Of a stretch of 23,216 nucleotides of DNA, positions 16,604-23,216 are shown in pieces. Position numbers and translations under genes: made by a program. Source of the stretch: Abditibacteriaceae bacterium (GTDB lineage: Bacteria; Armatimonadota; Abditibacteriia; Abditibacteriales; Abditibacteriaceae). Where the stretch lies: the NCBI GenBank assembly GCA_031372065.1, contig JANMKN010000360.1, positions 1 through 23,216 on the forward strand, read 5' to 3'. The notes beneath the pieces were generated by a model, which was not told the DNA's origin, did not search any database, and was given only the letters and a program-made list of their open reading frames with translations. How positions within the stretch are numbered: position 1 is the first letter of the stretch; the number at the start of each line of letters is the position of its first letter.

Positions 16604-16648
16604 CAAAAAAGAACGGGCCACGCAAATTGCGTGGCCCGTTCTTTTTTG
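16604..16648 (-). terminator. Intrinsic terminator of the DUF1501/PSD1 operon (bidirectional form)
   Basis: CAAAAAAGAACGGGCCACGCAA-A-TTGCGTGGCCCGTTCTTTTTTG, perfect dyad 21 nt past the stop at 16670. Confidence 0.88.
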
Positions 16649-16669
16649 TCCTACTTTCTGCTTGCAGCT

Positions 16670-19600
16670 TTAGTTCACATAAACGAACTCGTTGGCGAAG
16701 ATGAGGCCTTGCACATAGAGTTCCCAAGGCGTGAGCGGCGCGCGGTCAATTTTTTCGCCGTCGTTGCTTAGGGTAGCGAACTTGTTGCCGGACATGGCTT
16801 TCATGGCGGCGCTGTCGTTCATCATTTCCATCGTCGAACCAGCATTCATGGCAGTCATAGCGCCGCCCATGCCGGGATTCTTCTTGGCTTCTGGCTTTTT
16901 GGCCTCGGCTTTTTTAGCTTCGGGCTTCTTGTTCCAGTTCTTGTTGTCTTTGGCGTCTTTTGCGGTGGCTTTATAGTCACCGGCAGACTCACGCTGCGCC
17001 ACAAGTTGGGTGGCGTAACCGATGAAGTCACTGGCAAGCTGCAATTCATCGGTGTTCGGTGCGCGTTGAAAAAGGGCCTGATAAATCGCGGTCACTTTAT
17101 CTGGGCCATCAACCGCCGATACGTCTTTGCGGGCCACAACTTGCCGCGCCACGTCAATTGCCAAAGGGTTGTTCATAAAGAACAAAGCCTGCTGCGGCAC
17201 AATCGTGCTGATGCGCGCCGAGTTCGCCATTTGCGGGTCGGCAAAGTCGAATTGTGTCATCAAATCCGATAGATTGGCGCGGTCAACATAGCCATAAACG
17301 CTGCGGCGATACGAAGCCGGTTCATCGGTGATGTTGACGGGCGGGCCACCCATTTTATTTTCCAGTTTGCCAGTCAGTTGCAGCATCGAATCGCGGATAG
17401 ATTCAAAATCCAAGCGGCGCAAATTGGCGCGCCATAATAAGCGATTGGCCGGATCAACCTGCTCGCCTTCAAAGCGCGAATCACTGGCTTGCTGATAGGC
17501 TTGCGAAGTCAGAATCAGCTTATTCAGCTTCTTGACAGACCAATCGTTGTCTATGAACCATTGCGACAAGTAATCCAAAAATTCTGGGTTAGCCGGTGGC
17601 AAGCTCATGTTGCCGAGGTCGTCCGGAGTTGGGATAAAGCCCACCGCAAAATGTTCCATCCAAATGCGATTGACCGCCACACGAGGCGTCAACGGATTCT
17701 TCGGATCAACGATGGCTTCGGCCAGTTCCAAGCGGCCACTGCCTTCTTTGAAAGGCTTGCGATCTGGCCCGGCAGCGATTTCCAAAAACTGGCGCGGCAC
17801 TTCGGGGCCTTTGCGGGCGCTTTCGCCGCGAATGTAAATGTTGCTGTTGCGTGGTCGGGGCGAATCGTTGATTATCATCGCGCCCGGAATCGTGCCTTTA
17901 TCGGCCAAACGCAGCGTGTTGATGGCGGCAAACTTCAACTTATCAGCGCTTTCATCAATTTGAATCGGCGATTGCCAACCTTCTTCGACGCCATCGCGCG
18001 ATGTGAAATAGCGATATTGCTGCGTCGCTGTGGCAATGCTATCGGCAGCGGGCACAAAGAACGGCGTGTTCAGCAATTGCGCCATCACTTTGTCCACCGG
18101 CACGGTGCTTTTGCCGGGCGTCATGCGCGCTTCAAAAAAGGCATCGCTTTCCACCTGCGCCCGCGAAAACAGTTCCACATAGGCTTTCGCCACATCTAAG
18201 AGCGATTGTGGCTTCAACTCTTTGAGCGTTTCCACAACCAGCGGGTTGAGATTGCGCTTGGCATCGCTCAAATAGGCCGGCATGGTTTCGACCCATTTCT
18301 GGCTGAAATTATCAGCGGGCAGGCGCGAAGCCTGCGAAAAGGGGCCAAGAACTGGGTGATTGGGATTGAAGCGCAGCGAATTGAACATCTCACGCTCTTG
18401 CTGCGGGTTGATTTTGTATTGACGCTCATAATCGCCCCGTTTGGGATCGCGTCCCGATGTGACGGAAAGCATCAAATAGCCTTCGACATTCTCGCGGAAC
18501 TGCTTGGAGCGGCCTTGCAAAACGCCGTAGATAGCCTTGCGGTTTTCCAGTTCGAGATCGGCCAGTTTTAGCGCAAATTCCACGCGCTGACGCTGGGCCA
18601 GTTCAGGATCGTCGCTCACAAGTTGCAGTTCCGGCTTTTCGTAAGGCTCGTCCAGCGAGTTGAAAACGCCATGCAATGCGTAATAATCCGCCGTTGGAAT
18701 CGGGTCGAATTTGTGATCGTGACAACGGGCGCAGGAAACCGTCAGGCCCATTGTGGCTTTGGTAACTGTATCAATACGCTCGTCAATGGTGTCGTCGTTG
18801 TTGTCGAAACGCTTGCCAACGGTGATAAAACCAAGCGCCGCTAAACGCGGATCGTCTTTTTGAATACCCGGCAAGCGGTCAGCCGCGATTTGCTCGACGA
18901 GAAACTGATTATACGGTTTATCTTCGTTGAAGGCTTTGATGACGTAATCGCGGTATGTCCAAGCATAAGGAAAACGGTAATCTTCCAATTTCTCAACGCC
19001 ATTGTTTTCCATGTTGCCGCGCGTATCCGAATAACGCGCCGAATCGAGCCAATGGCGGCCCCAGCGTTCACCATAACGCGGCGAAGCCAACAAGCGATCA
19101 ACAAGGCGCTCCCACGCATCAGGATTGTTATCGTTGACAAAAGCGCGCACTTCCATCGGCGTCGGTGGCAAACCGGTAAGGTCATAGGTCACGCGGCGAA
19201 TGAGAACTTCCTTGGAAGCAGGGCGGCTCGGCAAAAGCTGCCGTTCGCTCATTTTCGCCAGCAAGAATTTGTCAACCGGGTTTTTCGTCCAACTTTTGAA
19301 TTCCGGGTCGTTGGCGTATTTGGAAACATCTGGCTCGGCGACCTTTTTTATGGGTTGAAAGGCCCACCACTTGCGCGCTTTAGGCGTCATGCCAGTCAAA
19401 ACCGGCTTGCCACTTTCTAATTGATGCTCGGAACGCGGATCGGGCGCACCCATTTGAATCCACTGCTTGAATGCCGCGATAACGTCATCAGGCATTTTGC
19501 CTTTGGGCGGCATTTGTAGCTCTTCATGCGCATAAGTTATCGCTTTGTAGAGCGGGCTTTGATCTGGCTTGCCGGTTACAATGGCCGGGCCGCCACCGCC

Positions 19601-19837
19601 GCCGCGCGCCAGAGCTTCGCGAGAATCCACCAGTAGGCCACCTTTTGCTTTGCCAGACTTGGTAGAATGGCACGAATAGCATTGATTTGCCAACACCGGG
19701 CGGATGTTTTTTTCAAAAAACTCGACATCTTTGGGTTCGAGTTTAGCCTCATCACCATTATCCGCCGCGAAAAGGGGCGTCAAAGGCGCAACTGACACGG
19801 CGGCGAGAATCAACGGAAGAAAAACAGAAGTGCGCAT
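16670..19837 (-). CDS. PSD1 (DUF1553) / DUF1549 and planctomycete cytochrome c domain-containing protein
   Basis: Signal peptide; FFEKNIRPVL..CYSCH; WAFQP; LIRRVTYDLTGLPPT; YGERWGRHWLD; CARCHDHKFDPIP; SGRLELA..I.DP.NPLT.RV.VNRIW; RRLDFESIRDS; FANEFVYVN terminus. Confidence 0.92.
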   Translation of the reverse strand: MRTSVFLPLILAAVSVAPLTPLFAADNGDEAKLEPKDVEFFEKNIRPVLANQCYSCHSTKSGKAKGGLLVDSREALARGGGGGPAIVTGKPDQSPLYKAITYAHEELQMPPKGKMPDDVIAAFKQWIQMGAPDPRSEHQLESGKPVLTGMTPKARKWWAFQPIKKVAEPDVSKYANDPEFKSWTKNPVDKFLLAKMSERQLLPSRPASKEVLIRRVTYDLTGLPPTPMEVRAFVNDNNPDAWERLVDRLLASPRYGERWGRHWLDSARYSDTRGNMENNGVEKLEDYRFPYAWTYRDYVIKAFNEDKPYNQFLVEQIAADRLPGIQKDDPRLAALGFITVGKRFDNNDDTIDERIDTVTKATMGLTVSCARCHDHKFDPIPTADYYALHGVFNSLDEPYEKPELQLVSDDPELAQRQRVEFALKLADLELENRKAIYGVLQGRSKQFRENVEGYLMLSVTSGRDPKRGDYERQYKINPQQEREMFNSLRFNPNHPVLGPFSQASRLPADNFSQKWVETMPAYLSDAKRNLNPLVVETLKELKPQSLLDVAKAYVELFSRAQVESDAFFEARMTPGKSTVPVDKVMAQLLNTPFFVPAADSIATATQQYRYFTSRDGVEEGWQSPIQIDESADKLKFAAINTLRLADKGTIPGAMIINDSPRPRNSNIYIRGESARKGPEVPRQFLEIAAGPDRKPFKEGSGRLELAEAIVDPKNPLTPRVAVNRIWMEHFAVGFIPTPDDLGNMSLPPANPEFLDYLSQWFIDNDWSVKKLNKLILTSQAYQQASDSRFEGEQVDPANRLLWRANLRRLDFESIRDSMLQLTGKLENKMGGPPVNITDEPASYRRSVYGYVDRANLSDLMTQFDFADPQMANSARISTIVPQQALFFMNNPLAIDVARQVVARKDVSAVDGPDKVTAIYQALFQRAPNTDELQLASDFIGYATQLVAQRESAGDYKATAKDAKDNKNWNKKPEAKKAEAKKPEAKKNPGMGGAMTAMNAGSTMEMMNDSAAMKAMSGNKFATLSNDGEKIDRAPLTPWELYVQGLIFANEFVYVN

Positions 19838-19921
19838 AGTAAAACCAGTGGAAGGTTCGAGGTTTAATGTTCAAGATTGATTAGCTAACTTTGAACTTGA
19901 AACCTCGAACTTGAAACTCAC

Positions 19922-21391
19922 TTAGGCAATCACGTCGGAGACAATTTTGCCGTAGTTGTCGGTCAGGCGAAAATCGCGACCATTGTAGCGATAGGTCAGC
20001 TTGGTGTGGTCGAAACCAAGAATGCGCAGAATGGTGGCGTGCAGATCATGCACGGTGACGGGATTTTCTTCGATGTCCATGCCCACATCGTCGGTTTTGC
20101 CATAAGCATAGCCGCCTTTGACGCCGCCGCCTGCCATCCACGAGCAAAAGGCGCGCGAATGGTGATCGCGGCCTGAGCCATCGCCCACGCGACCCGTTGT
20201 CGTCGGGGTGCGGCCAAATTCGCCGCCCCAAATAATCAGCGTTTCTTCGAGCAAGCCCAAATTCTTCAAGTCTTGAATCAGCGCGGCTGCCGGGCCGTCA
20301 ATGCCCGCCGCCGTGCGGCCCAAAGCGCGGAAGATATCGTTATGATGATCCCATCCGCCCGCATCAATTTGCACAAAGCGCACGCCGCGTTCGATCAAGC
20401 GCCGCGCCACCAAAAGGCGCGCACCGGTTTGGCTTTTGCCATACATATCGCGGATTTTCTGCGGCTCCTGCGTAATGTCGAAGGCTTCAGTGGCTTCAAC
20501 CTGCATCCGAAACGCCAGTTCAAACGAGTCAATGCGCGCTTCGAGTTGCTCGTCACGGATGACGCGTCCCATGTGCATTTCGTCCAGACGCCGCGCTAAA
20601 TCCAATTGGACGCGCTGCTCGTCAATGGTGCTGAATTCGCTGGTCAGATTCGGCAAAATCTTGTCTAATTTCTGGCCGGGACGATATTCCGTTTTGGCGC
20701 CCTGATAAACACTGGGCAAAAACGCCGATTGACGCCAATCGGGACTGCCACCAAGCGAAACGAAGCCGGGCAAACTTTGGTTTTCCGTGCCTAAACCGTA
20801 AAGCACCCATGAACCAAGGCTGGGCTTAGTCAGCACCAGCGAACCCGTATTGATAAATTTGGCAGCTGGGCCATGCGCGGGCACATCGGCGGTCATGGAG
20901 CGAATGACGCACATTTCATCGGCGACTTTGCTTAGTTCGGGAAACGCTTCGCTGATTTGCAGGCCATTTTTGCCGCACCGTTTGAACTCGAAAGGAGAAG
21001 GAAAGCCAACGCCGCCGCCAATAGTTTGATCGCGGAATTTTTCAAGGCCCGGCGTGGGATTGAAAGTATCCACATGACTGGGCGCACCGCCCGCGAAAAT
21101 GTGAATAACGTGCTTGGCTTTAGCAGCCAAAGGCGGAGTTTTGGGCGCCAAAGGGCCGCTGGAATTGACTACCGGGCCGGAAGAGGCCTTGGAGGCTGAC
21201 TTTTTGCCCACTTCAGCCGCTGCTTGACGTGCCGCCGCTTGCGCTTCGGCAGGCGTAACAGCGCCATCTTCGATGAGAGTGGCTAACGCTAATCCAGCCA
21301 TTCCCATGCTGGCGCGCTGCAAAAACTCGCGGCGCGACTTGGGCGCCTCCTGCAAATTACCGCAGGTATGAAACTCGTTTGGTTCAAACAT
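19922..21391 (-). CDS. DUF1501 domain-containing protein (Tat signal, sulfatase-like neighbourhood family)
   Basis: Start reassigned to ATG 21391 (AAGGAGA RBS upstream); SRREFL Tat motif; KAKHVIHIF.GGAPSHVDTF, ARRLIERGVRFVQ, WDHH, WGGEFGRTP, GRDHH, HDLHATIL; canonical partner of PSD1 proteins. Confidence 0.92.
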   Translation of the reverse strand: MFEPNEFHTCGNLQEAPKSRREFLQRASMGMAGLALATLIEDGAVTPAEAQAAARQAAAEVGKKSASKASSGPVVNSSGPLAPKTPPLAAKAKHVIHIFAGGAPSHVDTFNPTPGLEKFRDQTIGGGVGFPSPFEFKRCGKNGLQISEAFPELSKVADEMCVIRSMTADVPAHGPAAKFINTGSLVLTKPSLGSWVLYGLGTENQSLPGFVSLGGSPDWRQSAFLPSVYQGAKTEYRPGQKLDKILPNLTSEFSTIDEQRVQLDLARRLDEMHMGRVIRDEQLEARIDSFELAFRMQVEATEAFDITQEPQKIRDMYGKSQTGARLLVARRLIERGVRFVQIDAGGWDHHNDIFRALGRTAAGIDGPAAALIQDLKNLGLLEETLIIWGGEFGRTPTTTGRVGDGSGRDHHSRAFCSWMAGGGVKGGYAYGKTDDVGMDIEENPVTVHDLHATILRILGFDHTKLTYRYNGRDFRLTDNYGKIVSDVIA

Positions 21392-21743
21392 GGACAAACT
21401 TCTCCTTAAAGGAACTGCTAAACACAATGCCCCTGTGCCACATCAGACACAAATTCAACAAGGAATTTCGGTTTTGGTTTTACCAACAAGGGATTTAGAA
21501 GAAACTTCGGGTGCGATGGTTGCAGATTAGCGACAATTATAACACATTCCCTGCCCCACAACCAAATGCAATAAGCAACCCGGTTTGGCAGCAATTCTTT
21601 AATTGATCCAATGTGATTTCTATTCGCTAAAACGAAATCAATTACAGCTTAAACGAGACAACCGCAAAAAAGTAACAGTGACAGCGCCGCACCGACAAGT
21701 AAGCTGTCAAACTGCCTTGGCGAGCCACTTTGTTGAGTCATTT

Positions 21744-22466
21744 ATGAAAACTTTCGCGATATATCTCTCTTTGCTGCTGACGACTTTCGCGCTGCCTTTA
21801 TTTGCAGCGGATGACAAGACGGAAATTATGCCGATTTTTCAAAAAGACGCGCGCGTTTTGTTTCAAGGCGATTCGATTACCGATGGCAATCGCGGACGTA
21901 ACACCGACCCGAATCACATTTTGGGGCACGGCTATGCCTTTATCATCGCCGCCAAATTTGGCGATGAACTGGCCGAGCGCAATCTGGAATTTATTAATCG
22001 TGGCATCAGCGGCAACACCGTGGGGGATTTAACCAATCGCTGGCAAAAAGACACGCTCGATTTGAGGCCGGACATATTAAGCATTTTAGTCGGCATCAAC
22101 GATCAAGGGCGCGGCGTTGCCGTTAATGATTTTGAAGCGCAATATGACGCGCTTTTAGAAACAACTCTCAAAAGTTTGCCGAACGTCAAACTGATTTTAG
22201 GCGAGCCGTTTGGCTTGCCAACGGGCAAGCACAAAGACGACTGGGTCGCATGGAGCGAGAATCTCAAAGCGCGCCAAGCAGTCGTGGCGAAACTCGCCGC
22301 CAAATATCACGCGCCGCTTGTGCCGTTTCAAAAAGCCTTTGACGAGGCGTGCCTGCGCGCGCCCGCCGAGCATTGGATTTGGGACGGCGTGCATCCGACG
22401 TATTCCGGCCATCAAGTCATGGCAAACGCGTGGATTCAAACAGTTGAAGAATTTTACGGGAAATAA
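21744..22466 (+). CDS. SGNH/GDSL hydrolase family protein (secreted esterase)
   Basis: Blocks FQGDSIT, NRGISGN, VGIND, DGVHP; signal peptide from ATG 21744 (MKTFAIYLSLLLTTFALPLFA). Confidence 0.92.
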   Translation: MKTFAIYLSLLLTTFALPLFAADDKTEIMPIFQKDARVLFQGDSITDGNRGRNTDPNHILGHGYAFIIAAKFGDELAERNLEFINRGISGNTVGDLTNRWQKDTLDLRPDILSILVGINDQGRGVAVNDFEAQYDALLETTLKSLPNVKLILGEPFGLPTGKHKDDWVAWSENLKARQAVVAKLAAKYHAPLVPFQKAFDEACLRAPAEHWIWDGVHPTYSGHQVMANAWIQTVEEFYGK

Positions 22467-22469
22467 CAC

Positions 22470-23216
22470 ATGAAAAACGCTCTACTCGGCGCCGCTTTTG
22501 GCGCTTTGATGCTGGTTAATGCCGCGCACGCGCAAATTCTCGATACGCTGCAATTTGGCGACGCCGCTTCGGAAACGGGGCATCAACTGACCGCCACAAA
22601 TTCCGAAGTTGTAAAAGGCGCGCTGGAATTAAATGCGCGGCGCCTTTTGCCCAACAACGCTACCGATTGGCAAGGCGGCAAAATCAGTTTCGTTTTGAAA
22701 GTTGACCCGGCGCAGGAAAATTATTTCACCGTGAAATTCTGGGGCGATGAAATTACGCTCAATCGTATGGCGCTTTTGGTGGACGGCAAAATGATCGGCT
22801 ATCGTCATATCGGCGATATAGACCAACTGGATTCGGGCACCGAACACGCGCCTTATAAAAATCGTTTTTACTACAACACTTTTCCGCTGCCGCTCCAAAG
22901 CACGCGCGGCAGAACGCAAATCAACTGCGAAATCGTTGGTTCGGGCCGCATTTGGAGCTATGGAAGCAACTTCGAGCAGTATCAAAAGCCAATGACCGAG
23001 CCATCGCGCGGCTTGTATAACGTTTACACGCATTTGGGCGGCTTTTTCGTGCCGCCTGCGGGCGAAAAACAAGGCGAAGCGCCTACTTTGAAGCGCCGCG
23101 AAAATCCGGGGCCGGAAGTGATGGACAAATTGAAAGCGCGCGTGGATGGTGAAATCAAAAAACTGTTGGCCGATGCGCGCCCGCTCAACCAGCCGCAGAT
23201 GGAATTCATCGCACGC
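22470..23216 (+). CDS. Secreted hypothetical protein, truncated by the window edge
   Basis: ATG 22470, 3 nt after the SGNH stop; frame open to the window end: MKNALLGAAFGALMLVNAAHA-QILDTLQFGDAASETGHQL...LKVDPAQENYFTVKFWGDE...GKMIGYRHIGDID...RFYYNTFPLP. Not in the ORF track because it has no stop in the window. Confidence 0.85.
   Translation, partial: MKNALLGAAFGALMLVNAAHAQILDTLQFGDAASETGHQLTATNSEVVKGALELNARRLLPNNATDWQGGKISFVLKVDPAQENYFTVKFWGDEITLNRMALLVDGKMIGYRHIGDIDQLDSGTEHAPYKNRFYYNTFPLPLQSTRGRTQINCEIVGSGRIWSYGSNFEQYQKPMTEPSRGLYNVYTHLGGFFVPPAGEKQGEAPTLKRRENPGPEVMDKLKARVDGEIKKLLADARPLNQPQMEFIAR

Noticed and set aside
16026..16727. Short ORFs 16026-16247, 16054-16320, 16296-16538, 16500-16727, 16510-16704
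   Set aside because: They run through terminators and the palindrome and carry no recognisable motifs.
21679..21709. TGACAGC-N17-GCTGTCA inverted repeat as an operator
   Set aside because: Only 7-bp arms with a long spacer and no regulator nearby; could be chance.

Overview
Bacterial chromosomal window, moderately GC-rich, from a diderm (it encodes TolC). The gene mix is PVC-like; Armatimonadota/Abditibacteriota is only a guess. Left to right: a terminator; a ~260-bp remnant that looks like the first codons of a type III R-M Mod gene joined to the last codons of a Res gene; a minus-strand DUF1592-type cytochrome c / DUF1552 pair; an aldo/keto reductase; a tripartite RND efflux operon (adaptor with a very long repeat-expanded helical hairpin, AcrB-family permease, TolC-family protein); pyruvate carboxylase; a 1.1-kb structured intergenic region (15 x 21-nt tandem array, a small gene remnant, terminators, a perfect 78-bp inverted repeat with a G-quadruplex motif); a minus-strand DUF1501 / PSD1-cytochrome c pair; an SGNH hydrolase; and a secreted protein running off the right edge that is absent from the ORF track. 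All family assignments come from motif recognition, not database searches.
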